Origin: Haliotis cracherodii
Taxonomy: Eukaryota
Assembly: GCF_022045235.1 (NCBI RefSeq)
Contig: NW_027266319.1
Span: 28,334,001 to 28,398,000 of the forward strand
Length of the DNA stretch: 64,000 nt
Reading direction: 5' to 3'
Positions within the stretch are counted from its first letter, which is position 1; each line of letters opens with the position of its first letter. The notes beneath the pieces are model-generated. The model made no database searches. It was not told where the DNA came from and saw nothing but the letters and a program-made list of their open reading frames with translations. Of the stretch, positions 51,146 to 64,000 are shown one piece after another. Position numbers and translations under genes: made by a program.

Positions 51146-54100
51146 TCAATGACCTGTCGACTGCCTGGCTGCAATGATTAGTGGTTTTAGTGTTGTAAGC
51201 GGCATGGCTTTCTTCAGGAAAGCGTGTTCGAGCAGGTCTGAGGCATTTGCCCTCTTCTCGACATCCACCTCCAGACAGGCGTGCAGGAAGGAACGCAGCT
51301 CCTCGGACAGTTTGCCTTCATTTTTTATCTCAGGTTTGCCGATGGTGGCAATCCTGAAGATGGCTTTCAGTGGAGTTTCATTGAGGTACGGTGGTTCCCC
51401 CTCCAGCATCTCAATGATCATGATACCCATACTCCAGATGTCCACCTTGTTGCCATACTGCTTCCTGGAAGATACAGACAGTACAGTGGGAGCGAAGCAT
51501 ACTTTGTTTATTTCTTGTTTTCCGTCACACTCATTAAGGCTAGAAAAAATAACAGCATGGTTCTCAGGCACTGCCTGCATTATCATAAAGTTCCCTGCAC
51601 ATTTCCTTACATATATCAGGTCCAAACTTAGTCAAATACTGTATTCAAGTAATTTACTCATCCAGGAATAAATTTATATGGGGAGGCCCTTTCCCAGGTT
51701 GATTGTACACAACTGTTTATTTAGTAACATACCAGTTTCAACAAAGATAGAAAAAAAAAACAGCGCCTGCGATGCACTATATTTTCAAAATCCATTGCCT
51801 GAGATCCAATTCTTTTATTTTTTTAAGCCTAAAATAAGTAAATGACCACGGCCTGTAATAATCAGTTTGGACCAGACAAACCAGTGATCTATACTATGGA
51901 CAATGATTCACACGGTTGGTGTTTGATGGCATGCAATCAAACAAGTGACCAAACTTGACCAGTAAGTTGGCTCGTACGACAAGCCTAGGACGCTGGGATC
52001 AATTTTGATATGGAATCCCCACACTTTGCGAAGCATAATACTTCCTGGAAGACACAAGGACAGATATCTCACCCATCATTTAATGAAAGATAAGACAATT
52101 TCTCCCAAACTTTACCTAGAAATTCTAATCATAAATGTTAAATGAATGAAGAATATAAATATGCAGTTTATCAATCACAGAGACATAAATCCTTGAGAAG
52201 CTTACCTGGAGACAACTTCTGGCGCCATCCAGTATGGCGTTCCCACCATAGTGTCACGCTTACTCTTCTCTCCACTAAGTTGAGCACAGAAACCGAAGTC
52301 AGTCAGCTTTACAGCACCAGTCATTCCAAGCAGTACATTATCACTCTTAATATCCCTGTGAATAATATTCCTCTCATGAAGAAACTTAAGCCCAACGAGG
52401 CACTCGCGACATACAGCTGCAATCTGACCCTCTTTCATGATGGTTTCTGTGACAACATCAGTCAAGGCGCCACCGTCCAGGTACTCCATGATCACCCAAA
52501 GTTCAGTATCTAGCATGTAACAGTCCAGGAAGTTTACAATGTTGTCATGGCGATATGTTTTCATGACTTCGATCTCAGTAACAATGAGCTCCTTCTTGGG
52601 TTGGTTATTCAAGTCCATCATTTTAATCGCCACGACAACATCCTCATTGGCCTTCTCTCGGGCGAGACACACCGTCCCAGATGCACTGAAGACACAACAT
52701 GTTGAAGTGAGTGAGTGAGTGAGTTTAACACAAGTCTGAACCATGTTGTTACAGTCTTATCATGGGAGACACCAAAGTATGGGCAACAGTTTTCAAATGT
52801 CCTGGGTGCAGTTTCTCAAAACAACCTTGGCGCTATGACTGTCGTAAGTCTATGTTAAGGTATGAAGTTACAATCACCTTAGCGCTAAGACCGCTTTGTA
52901 TGACGGCACCCAGAAGTCTTACATGAAGAATATCCTGTTTGTGTGTCATACCAGTGCGCACATGTTAACTGTACATAGTTGTGACACAGGTGTTTGTCAT
53001 ACCAGTGTGCATCTGTTAAACTACACTTGAGAAGCTATGCATTACATGAGAAGACAGAGGTGATTAAATAGTATGACATAAGAAAGAAAAAACCCTCAAC
53101 AGTATCCTGGATTATCAAGTGCATTATCCTACCTTGACTCACTCGCATGTAGAGATCTTAGCGCAAAGACCATCTTTACTCCCATACTTTAACATAGGCT
53201 TATATCAGTCTTACTCTTAGCACTAAGACTGCTTTGTGCAAGTGGGCCCAGGACCCTTTACGACACAGGAAAGATCAGGAAACTTTTTTGGGTCTTACCC
53301 TGATCCTAATTTTTTCTTGATCTCAAACTTCTGCTGCGGGTCCCCTGCACTGGCAATCTTCCCTGAAAGACACACAAACATATTCTCATGTTTCAGAGCT
53401 GATCTTGTTAACAGGGATGAACAATATCAATAAGGCAAAAAGGGTTTAAGATCTGGTCATAACTTTCACACCATACTTAAAATTAAACACTTGTTATGTG
53501 AGATCACCAGACAAAAAAATCAGCTTCAGATTTAAAATTTGGCAGACTTCTAGTCAATTTTGATGCAATATTTTTGACAGTATGTTCCTGAATTTGTACT
53601 GAATATAACTTGAAAGAAATACACATTGCTAGCAAGAGGAATCCAGCTGAGCACGGTGTATTGTTTATATCCTTGATCTGATTTTGATAATTCTTTAGAA
53701 CAAGCTCTCTGATTGGTTGATCAGGCTTCTACGTCACCAGTTCGGCAGTGCATTGTAAGTATCCACGGCAGATCACACTGGCTGCTCAAAATGTATATTT
53801 TTCATATGATGACGGCCTATCGAGGATGAATTCATTATTCATGGTGGGAAAAATCAAAGAGATACAAAAACTTATTCATCAATATCAAAACAAAGACTGC
53901 AGACAGTAAAGTTTCTGATTTTGTAATAAAAACTCCATTTTGGTCACACACCAACACCAAAATCCATACAAGTACACTTTGTCTCCAGAGAATTGACCTT
54001 TGCTTATTTCCTTGTCCAGAGACAAGTTCACAATTTTGATATTTCCCCACCCAGATAAAATTAACCAAATTTCTTCTAACAATGTATCAAATATATAACA

Positions 54101-57100
54101 ACCAGACATGACAATCTTATAACAAGCATGACTTCCTGTTGGCCTATTCAATATTCCTACAGTTTGACAAAACTACTACTATTTCTACATCATAATTTTT
54201 CTTACGCAATTCATCATTTATTTCTTCATCTGTCTTTGCCTCCACTTTCTGTTTTGACTTTGGTCGTCTTGTGAGAACCTCATCATCATCCACGGTTGTG
54301 TCAGCAACGCCAACTGCCAACTTTTCCACTGATTGGTCCCCAGCACTGGCATCATGCTGCAACAGATGTAAACAAGATGTAAACAAGGTGTCAACAGATT
54401 GAAATAAGTAGTCAACAGGGTGCAACAACATGTGAACAGTGTGTAACAAGGTGTCAACAGAGTGAAACAAGGTGGCAGAGTGTAACAAGGTGTCAACAGT
54501 GTAACAAGGTGTCAACACAGTGTAACAAGGTGTCAACACAGTGCAACAACATGTCAACAGAGTGTAACAAGGTGTCAACAGAGTGAAACAAGGTGTCAAC
54601 ACAGTGTAACAAGGTGTCAACACAGTGTAACAAGGTGTCAACACAGTGAAACAATGAGTCAACAGAGTGTAACAAGGTGTCAACACAGTGAAACAATGAG
54701 TCAAAAGATTGTAACAAGGTGTCAACAGACAGTAACAATGTGTCAACACAGTGTAACAAGGTGTCAACAGAGTGAAACAAGGTGTCAACACAGTGTAACA
54801 AGATGTCAACAGAGTGAAACCAGGTGTCAACAGAGTGTAACAAGGAGTCAACAGATTGTAACAAGGTGTCAACAGAGTGAAACAAGGTGTCAACACAGTG
54901 AAACAAGGTGTCAACAGAGTGAAACAAGGAGTCAACAGAGTGTAACAAGGTGTCAACACAGTGTAACAAGGTGTCAACAGAGTGAAACAAGGTGTCAACA
55001 CAGTGAAACAAGGTGTCAACACAGTGAAACAATGAGTCAACAGAGTGTAACAAGGTGTCAACACAGTGAAACAATGAGTCAAAAGATTGTAACAAGGTGT
55101 CAACAGACAGTAACAATGTGTCAACACAGTGTAACAAGGTGTCAACAGAGTGAAACAAGGTGTCAACACAGTGTAACAAGATGTCAACAGAGTGAAACCA
55201 GGTGTCAACAGAGTGTAACAAGGAGTCAACAGATTGTAACAAGGTGTCAACAGAGTGAAACAAGGTGTCAACACAGTGAAACAAGGTGTCAACAGAGTGA
55301 AACAAGGAGTCAACAGAGTGTAACAAGGTGTCAACACAGTGTAACAAGGTGTCAACAGAGTGAAACAAGGTGTCAACACAGTGAAACAAGGTGTCAACAC
55401 AGTGAAACAAGGAGTCAACACAGTGTAACAAGGTGTCAACACAGTGTAACAAGGTGTCAACAGAGTGAAACAAGGTGTCAACACAGTGTAACAAGATGTC
55501 AACAGAGTGAAACCAGGTGTCAACAGAGTGTAACAAGGAGTCAACAGATTGTAACAAGGTGTCAACAGAGTGAAACAAGGTGTCAACACAGTGAAACAAG
55601 GTGTCAACAGAGTGAAACAAGGAGTCAACAGAGTGTAACAAGGTGTCAACACAGTGAAACAAGGAGTCAACAGATTGTAACAAGGTGTCAACAGAGAGTA
55701 ACAATGTGTCAACAGAGTGTAACAAGGAGTCAATAGAGAGTAACAAGGAGTCAATAGAGTGGTAAGACTTGCAATAATCGAAATACGACAAATCTAGGAC
55801 TTGTTTACAGAGTGTAACAAGGTGGCAGAGTGAAACAAGGTGTCAACAGAGTGTAAAAAGGTGTCAACAGAGAGTAACAAGGAGTCAACAGAGTGTAACA
55901 AGATCTCAACAGAGTGTAAAAAGGTGTCAACAGAGAGTAACAAGGAGTCAACAGAGTGTAACAAGGTGTCAATAGAGAGTAACAAGGAGTCAACAGAGAG
56001 TAACAAGGTCTCAACAGAGTGTAACAAGGTGTCAACAGAGAGTAACAAAGTGTCAACAGAGAGTAACAAGGTGTCAACACAGTGTAACAAGGTGTCAACA
56101 GATTGTAACAAGGTGTCAACAGATTGTAACAAGGTGTCAACAGAGTGTTACAAGGTGTCAACACAGTGTAACAAGGTGTCAACAGAGTGTAACAAGGTGT
56201 CAACACAGTGTAACAAGGTGTCAACACAGTGTAACAAGGTGTCAACACAGCGTAACAAGGTGTCAACAGAGAGTAACAAGGTGTCAACACAGTGTAACAA
56301 GGTGTCAACAGATTGTAACAAGGTGGCAGAGTGTAACAAGGTGTCAACAGATTGTAACAAGGTGTCAACAGATTGTAACAAGGTGTCAACAGAGTGTAAC
56401 AAGGTGTCAACAGATTGTAACAAGGTGTCAACAGTGAAACAAGGTGTCAACACAGTGTAACAAGGTGTCAACCATGTCAACAGAGAGTAACAAGGTGTCA
56501 ACACAGTGAAACAAGGAGTCAACAGATTGTAACAAGGTGTCAACAGAGAGTAACAATGTGTCAACAGAGTGTAACAAGGGGTCAATAGAGAGTAACAAGG
56601 AGTCAATAGAGTGGTAAGACCTGCAATAATCGAAATACGACAAATCTAGGACTTGTTTACAGAGTGTAACAAGGTGGCAGAGTGAAACAAGGTGTCAACA
56701 GATAGTAACAAGGTGTCAACAGATTGTAACAAGGTGTCAACAGAGTGTAACAAGGTGTCAACAGATTGTAACAAGGTGTCAACAGTGAAACAAGGTGTCA
56801 ACACAGTGTAACAAGGTGGCAGAGTGAAACAAGGTGTCAACACAGTGTACACTGGGAGCTTGCAGCTACAGTTTTAACCAAGTGGAATTACATGTAACAT
56901 TGTTTCAATTGGTACGACCTGCAAAAATCGAAATACGACAAATCTTTTTCTTGTTGAATATTTACAATATGATTTAGGTGCCTGGGATCCATTCCCCAAA
57001 GCGATCTTTGCGCTATGACCATCGTAAGCCAATGTTAAAGCATGAGCGTTACGACCATCTTAGAACTAAGATTGTTTAGTGGAACGGTGTCCGGAAGTTC

Positions 57101-60100
57101 TGGAACAACATTGTATTGTTTATTGCATAAGTATAAACATCTTATTGCATGAGAAGAGCATATTAATCATGGAATAACAGATATAAATTTATCAGAATTA
57201 AAATCAGACATTCCATGAAAGTGACCTCTGTTACTGCATGTCTTACTTTTATCTGCTCGTCCTTGGTAGCGTTTTTTTCTTCATGCTTTGGACTGTCAAA
57301 TATAACGTCCTGGCCATTTGAGTCTTCCTTCTGACTCCTTTCCTCATCTTCAGCCCCTTCTAATGGTTCATCAGACTCTCGTATCGTCGTAGCAACCATC
57401 ATGAACTTGGCATTTGATGGTTTTCGCTTGACAGAGTTCTGGTATGTCTTTAAAGAGTTGATGACAGCTTCAGGATTGTCCCGCTGTTCCTTAGCACTGT
57501 GAGCAATGAAGACATATCACATGAGTGTAGGTTCACTTGACGTGAGTGTAGGTTCATCAAAATAGATATCACTTGACGTGAGTGTAGGTTCATCATAATA
57601 GATATCACTTGACGTGAGTGTAGGTTCACTTGACATGAGTGTAGGTTCACTTGACGTGAGTGAAGGTTCACTTGACGTGAGTGTACGTTCACTTAATGTG
57701 AGTGTACGTTCCCTTAATGTGAGTGTAGGTTCACTTAATGTGAGTTTACGTTCACTTAATGTGAGTGTACGTTCATCATAATAGATCACTTAATGTGTCA
57801 GTTGGGTTTTAGGCCGCTTTTAGCAATATTCTAGCAATATCATGGCAGGGGACACCAGAAATGGACTTCACACTTTGTACCCATGTGGGAAATCAAACCC
57901 ATGATGGCATGATGTTCAAACACTTTAACCACTAGGCTATCCTTCCACCCCAATATCACTTAATGTGAGTATCGGTTCATCATACAGTTAAACTCAATGT
58001 GAGTGTAGGTTCATCAAACAGTTACACTTAATGTGAGTGTAGGTTCATCATACAGTTACAGTTAAGGTGAGTGTAGGTTCTTCATACAGTTACACTTAAT
58101 GTGAGTGTAGGTTCATCATACAGTTACACTTTATGTGAGTGTAGGTTCATCATACAGCTACACTTAATGTGAGTGTAGGTTCATCATACAGTTACACTTA
58201 ATGTGAGTGTAGGTTCATCATACAGTTACACTTAATGTAAGTCTAGGTTCATCATACAGTTACACTTAATGTGAGTGTAGGCTCATCATACAGTTACACT
58301 TAATGTGAGTGAAGGTTCATCAAACAGTTACACTTAATGTAAGTCTAGGTTCTTCATACAGTTACACTTAATGTGAGTGAAGGTTCATCATACAGTTACA
58401 CTTAATGTAAGTCTAGGTTCTTCATACAGTTACACTTAATGTAAGTCTAGGTTCATCATACAGTTACACTTAATGTGAGTGTAGGCTCATCATACAGTTA
58501 CACTTAATGTATGTGTAGGTTCATCATACAGTTACACTTAATGTAAGTCTAGGTTCATCATACAGTTACACTTAATGTAAGTCTAGGTTCTTCATACAGT
58601 TACACTTAATGTGAGTCTAGGTTCTTCATACAGTTACACTTAATGTGAGTGTAGGTTCATCATACAGTTACACTTAATGTGAGTCTAGGTTCTTCATACA
58701 GTTACACTTAATGTGAGTGTAGGTTCATCATACAGTTACACTCAATGTGAGTGTAGGTTCATCATACAGTTACACTCAATGTGAGTGTGGGTTCATCATA
58801 CAGTTACACTTAATGTAAGTCTAGGTTCTTCATACAGTTACACTTAATGTGAGTGTAGGTTCATCATACAGTTACACTCAATGTGAGTGTAGGTTCATCA
58901 TACAGTTACACTTAATGTAAGTCTAGGTTCTTCATACAGTTACACTTAATGTGAGTGTAGATTCATCATACAGTTACACTCAATGTGAGTGTAGGTTCAT
59001 CATACAGTTACACTTAATGTAAGTCTAGGTTCTTCATACAGTTACACTTAATGTGAGTGTAGGTTCATCATACAGTTACACTCAATGTGAGTGTAGGTTC
59101 ATCATACAGTTACACTTAATGTAAGTCTAGGTTCTTCATACAGTTACACTTAATGTAAGTCTAGGTTCATCATACAGTTAAACTCAATGTGAGTGTAGGC
59201 TCATCATACAGTTACACTTAATGTATGTGTAGGTTCTTCATACAGTTACACTTAATGTGAGTGTAGGTTCATCATACAGTTACACTTAATGTGAGTGTAG
59301 GTTCATCATACAGTTACACTTAATGTAAGTCTAGGTTCTTCATACAGTTACACTTAATGTGAGTGTAGGCTCATCATACAGTTACACTTAATGTGAGTCT
59401 AGGTTCATCATACAGTTACACTTAATGTATGTGTAGGTTCTTCATACAGTTACACTTAATGTGAGCGTAGGTTCATCATACAGTTACACTTAATGTAAGT
59501 CTAGGTTCTTCATACAGTTACACTTAATGTGAGTGTAGGTTCATCATACAGTTACACTTAATGTGAGTCTAGGTTCTTCATACAGTTACACTTAATGTGA
59601 GTGTAGGTTCATCATACAGTTACACTTAATGTAAGTCTAGGTTCTTCATACAGTTACACTTAATGTGAGTGTAGGCTCATCATACAGTTACACTTAATGT
59701 AAGTCTAGGTTCATCATACAGTTACACTTAATGTGAGTGTAGGTTCATCATACAGTTACACTCAATGTGAGTGTGGGTTCATCATACAGTTATACTTAAT
59801 GTGAGTGTAGGCTCATCATACAGTTAAACTTAATGTAAGTCTAGGTTCTTCATACAGTTACACTTAATGTGAGTGTAGGTTCTTCATACAGTTACACTTA
59901 ATGTGAGTGTAGGTTCATCATACAGTTATACTTAATTTGAGTGTAGGTTCACCACAGCGCAACCCAATGATTCCTTGCAATCTGGTTTCTGAATCAGATG
60001 CTTGTAAGTATACGGTGTACTTACGTCAGGTTTGAGTCCTTCAGCAACTGTGCCCATGCTGGCGGTAGACCCACAAACTCTCCGTTTGAGCTGTCAAAGT

Positions 60101-60206
60101 TGACATGGTAGTTGCGGACAACGTTGAAAGGGGTGCCGATGCTCATGGCTCCTTCAGCATCGCTCTCGGAGCCTTTCTTATTCTTCTTTTTCGTAAAGAA
60201 CGGCAT
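51146..60206 (-). CDS. PAK: Group I p21-activated serine/threonine kinase (PAK1/2/3-like, Ste20 family), 481 aa; coding exons 60206-60025, 57496-57247, 54356-54206, 53362-53299, 52685-52206, 51464-51146
   Basis: CRIB/PBD ([31 protein letters not shown]) and autoinhibitory segment (EQRDNPEAV). Kinase motifs [85 protein letters not shown]. All junctions are GT-AG with matching phases; total 1446 nt. An acceptor at 60236 implies an upstream non-coding exon. Confidence 0.96.
54362..56848. repeat. 21-bp minisatellite, about 2.5 kb, in a PAK intron
   Basis: Unit GTGTCAACA(C/G)AGTG(T/A)AACAAG with higher-order blocks. Confidence 0.97.
57517..59952. repeat. 21/34-bp minisatellite in a PAK intron (34-bp unit about 59 times from 57955), interrupted by a SINE A copy at 57798-57950
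   Basis: Unit GTGAGTGTAGGTTCATCATACAGTTACACTTAAT. Confidence 0.97.
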
Positions 60207-60492
60207 TTTATGTGTCTATGGAGAACTTAATTTAGCTGAAAAATAGAAGAAAACAAATCAGGACATTATAACAACACAACAATCTACTTTTTGCACTTGA
60301 ATTTTGAAAGGGAAACGTGTGTGTTAGCATAACATAGCCGACAATGAAATAGATCGTGATTATCAGAGTAAGTATGTATATAGCAGGCCTGAGGGTAAAT
60401 TATGGATTCAAACTCAGGACAAGTGGATGCAGCTCAGGAAGGAGTGACAACTTAGACCACTGAGTTACTTGAGCTCCGTCCTTCCTCCGATA

Positions 60493-61043
60493 CAAAGCAT
60501 CAACTTAGTCAAAGCATATATATATGCCAGCATGGCCAGGGAGGATCTAATGCCTTCATCCAAGGAAGCGCTATCACTCTGTAAACGAGAGATGGCAGAT
60601 GAATGTTTATGCAAGGCAATAGTGTCTTGGAAGTTGCAAAGCATCAACTTAGTCAAAGCATATATATATGCCAAGGAGGATCTAATGCCTTCATCCAAGG
60701 AAGCGCTATCACTCTGTAAACGAGAGATGGCAGATGAATGTTTATGCAAGGCAACAGTGTCTTGGAAGTTGCAAAGCATCAACTTAGTCAAAGCATATAT
60801 ATATGCCAAGGAGGATCTAATGCCTTCATCCAAGGAAGTGCTATCACTCTGTAAACGAGAGATGGCAGATGATTGTTTATGCAAGGCAATAGTGTCTTGG
60901 AAGTTGCAAAGCATCAACTTAGTCAAAGCATATATATATGCCAAGGAGGATCTAATGCCTTCATCCAAGGAAGCGCTATCACTCTGTAAACGAGAGATGG
61001 CAGATGATTGTTTATGCAAGGCAACAGTGCCTTGGAAGTTGCT
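60493..61043. repeat. 135-bp tandem repeat, 4 units
   Basis: CAAAGCATCAACTTAGTC starts at 60493, 60637, 60772 and 60907. Confidence 0.93.
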
Positions 61044-61466
61044 TTCTATGAACCTTAAGAATCAGTGAATATGGGATGTTGGACATGTTGGATGCTACAG
61101 TGGCCAGGAACATCATATCCAAACTTGTTCAGGGAGGATCTAAAAGCTCAGATGATTAAACCTGATACCATAGTGCTGAAGCTCAGGCTCTTCCATGACG
61201 TTGACCACGTTTACACAAAGTGGAGGATTATTGCAGGGTTCGATTTAACTATACAAAACGTGCACCAGTGCAACTTAATGGTTCATTTAAAAGAACCTAA
61301 TATTTATGTCTTTATGTACCATGTGCATGTAAAAACATTTTAAATTTGTGTTTGACCAGACAATATCGATCTTTGAACACACCAAATACCTCTAAGCTTT
61401 ATGTAACCTACACCATCACTAAGCCCTGTTATGTATAATTTGTCATGTTATCTTGAGTCATCAAAC

Positions 61467-61963
61467 CAGGCCTCAAAGTTTAAATTTTTACCAAGTAGCC
61501 ATATGGCTACAAGTATTTTATCCAGGTAGCCAGTGGTAAAATTAGGAAGTCGAGCCATAGGTGTGGGTAGCCAAAAGCATTTGAAATTATCTTTTATCAA
61601 ATAACTATTAGTGGAAATTGTACTTGTGTTATATTACTTGTGACTTGAACAGTGATGCAATTTATGTTACTACATTATATAGGTATATCCTTGCTTATCC
61701 TATAAACTATCAACCAAAGTAAAATGCTAATTACATTAATATTTATGTATTTCGGTTCATTGTTGACTTTTGGAGGAATTATATGCAAGTACAAGTAATA
61801 GCAGACATGTTTATTTTTGTGTCTATATATGTGTAACAACAGTATTTAGTCGCCACAAGATATTTTTCAAGGTAGTCATTTGGCTACCTCTGAATTTTAG
61901 ACAGTCGACAAATAAAAATTTAGGTCGCATTGGCGACCATTATAGTCGCAACTTTGAGGCCTG
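61467..61963. mobile_element. MITE with CAGGCCTCAAAGTT TIRs and 5-bp TSD (CAAAC)
   Basis: Terminal inverted repeats and flanking direct repeat read directly. Confidence 0.8.
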
Positions 61964-62063
61964 CAAACTGGGTACTGCAAGATCATGTACATATGCTCCT
62001 CTTATCTGCTTATGTTGTACAGCAATACATCGTTAATTTATGTAAAATCATGACACAGTCAAC

Positions 62064-62787
62064 CAGGCCTAAAAGTTTGTTGTTTTTTTCAAGTAGCCAG
62101 TGGTAAAAACAAGTGAGTGAGTACGGTTTTACGCCGCTTTTAGCAATATTCCAGCAATATCATGGCAGGGGACACCAGAAATGGGCTTCACCCATTGTAC
62201 CCATGTCGGGAATCGAACCCGGGTCTTCAGCGTGACGAGCAAACGTTTTAACCACTAGGCTACCCGACCGCCCCTGGTAAAATCAAGAAGTCAAGCCAAT
62301 ATTGTAGGTGGCCAAAAGCATTTGAAATTATCTTTGATCAAATAACTATTATAATATGTACAAGTCATAGCAGTAGTCTTGAAATTGTATATTACTGGAT
62401 ACTGAACTTGATGTTTGTTATTTGTGACTCAAACAATGATGCAATGTATGTTACTAGATTATTTAGGTATATCCTTGCTTATCCAATGAGCATTGTCTAC
62501 TGAAATAAAATACTAATCATAATAATGACATTAATATTTATGCATTTCTGTTCATTGTCAACTTTAGGAGGCATTATATGCAAGTACAATTATTAGCAGA
62601 CATGTTTTCCACAATCAGCTATTGTTTATTTGTGTGTCTTCAAATGTGACACAGTAGAATTTAGTTGCCACAAGTTATTTTTCAACATGTTCAAGGTAGT
62701 CATTTGGCTACCTCTGAATTTTAGACAGTAGACAAATTGAAATTTAGGTGGAATTGGCAACCGTTTTAGTTGCAGCTTTGAGGCCTG
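62064..62787. mobile_element. Second copy of the same MITE, 5-bp TSD (TCAAC), containing a SINE A insertion (62113-62274)
   Basis: TIRs CAGGCCT(A/C)AAAG; internal similarity to 61467-61963; SINE flanked by TGGTAAAA(A/T)CAAG. Confidence 0.8.
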
Positions 62788-63849
62788 TCAACTGAGTCAT
62801 CAGAGATTTGAGATATTAGTTATTTTGAGTTGTTAATGCATCTATATATCAACTTTGATAAATTGATGGCACCAGGGTGCAACTAGGATTTCACGTCACC
62901 ATGCACCTGGTGCATGTTAAATTAAGTTCTTTAAATCAAGCCCTGTATTAAATCAAGCCCTAGTACCTATTTATGCAGAGTTGTTTGGGATGCTTGTTCA
63001 ACAACAAAAACATGGACACAATTTCCTATTTTCAGAAATCTATTTTACTTCAACTTGCATTCATGTTCATGTAGACCTACAGCAAATAGTCCACCTGGAT
63101 ATGTAGTAAAAAATATCAATAAAGTTTGTTTGTTGTTTAACAGAGCACACCATGCACACAGCACAATTCCAGCTATGTGATGATGGTCCGTAAACAATTG
63201 AGTCTGGACCAAACATTATCCTGTGATTGACATCATCAGCATGTATGTACGCAATGGGATACGATGAAATGCATCAACCAAGTCAGCAAACCTGATATCC
63301 CCAAGACAGTACTTAAAATGGTGCTGTCATTTGCTGCATAAATATTGAAGATTATAAAGAGTGATAATGTAACATAAAACTCTATAGAAACAAAATATGA
63401 TGATTTATTGTCACAACAATCAAAATAAGGACAAACTTTACTATAATACTATAAATCGCTGAAAGTGGTACATATGTGTTCAGCCCCATTACCATGACTA
63501 CTAGCTAAACTTATACTAGATCTCAGTACATTTTGGCAAAGCATAGCTGAGCAAAAGCCCCAAATAATTGTTTTCAATATGGCTGCCATGTTGTGCCATG
63601 TGATCTACAAAACAGGCAATCGTCAATTTAGGGCTAGGCCGATACACAAACTGTGCAATCCAATACGTATCACTATACCTTGCTCATGATCCGAAACGTA
63701 TCACAATACTTGCATGTGCTAAGCCATGTTTTTCATAGACAGGATGGCCAAATACCTTGCACACTGATGATTAACAGTTGACAGTGTCAAATATGTGGCA
63801 ATGGATGAAAATATTTACATTTTCACTACTTTCTTTCACTACTAATAAG

Positions 63850-64000
63850 GACCCATGACGATTCTGGGGTAGAATAGGTCTTCAGCAACCCATACTTGCC
63901 GTAAAAGGCGACTATGTTTGTCGTAAAAGGCGACTAGGATCGGGTGGTCAGGCTCGCTGACTTGGTTGATACATGTCATCGATCCCAATTGCGTGGATCG
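63850..64000 (+). mobile_element. SINE-like repeat, family B, cut by the window end
   Basis: Matches the 5' part of 39198-39454. Confidence 0.8.

Noticed and set aside
54144-56852. Long ORFs of 200-536 aa (LTPCYTL, VDTLLHS, TRCQQSE repeats)
   Set aside because: Translations of a 21-bp satellite open in several frames on both strands. Only 54356-54206 is a real PAK exon.
57955-59952. Many GTGAGT/GTAAGT donor-like hexamers in the 34-bp array
   Set aside because: They lie on the + strand, antisense to PAK, with no + strand gene here.
60465-61068. 184-aa and 199-aa repeat ORFs
   Set aside because: Product of a 135-bp tandem repeat in the PAK 5' intron. It may derive from a decayed LINE fragment, but I could not support that.

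Overview
Eukaryotic, AT-rich animal genomic DNA with GT-AG introns. The SINE, Penelope and Tc1/mariner content suggests a mollusc, possibly an abalone-like gastropod (inference). The window has two halves. (1) About 1-42 kb is a tandem + strand array of small four-exon genes for secreted 10-cysteine peptides that the ORF track misses because the exons are only 3-94 coding nt. I spliced four intact copies by hand (6748-9169, 15675-17337, 21192-25712, 29848-32536; 79-84 aa). There is also the damaged 3' tail of a further copy at the window start and a decayed remnant at about 38.4-39.7 kb. Each precursor has a conserved 21-aa signal peptide, an N-terminal Gln (pyroGlu candidate), an invariant framework C-PPN-C-x4-C-x4-C-x2-C-x4-C-x9-11-C-x3-CP-x-GM-x-C-x6-7-C resembling one furin-like Cys-rich repeat, variable loops and charge, and a C-terminal amidation signal in two copies. 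Copy 3 carries a ~29-unit 64-bp array built from its own exon-2 end and splice donor. The array is interspersed with Tc1, mariner, Penelope-like, solo-LTR and SINE insertions. (2) About 42-64 kb holds a complete - strand group I p21-activated kinase gene (6 coding exons, 481 aa) whose introns are largely minisatellite, in a CpG-decayed domain. There is one assembly gap (39907-40060). All counts and alignments were done by eye; no database searches were run.
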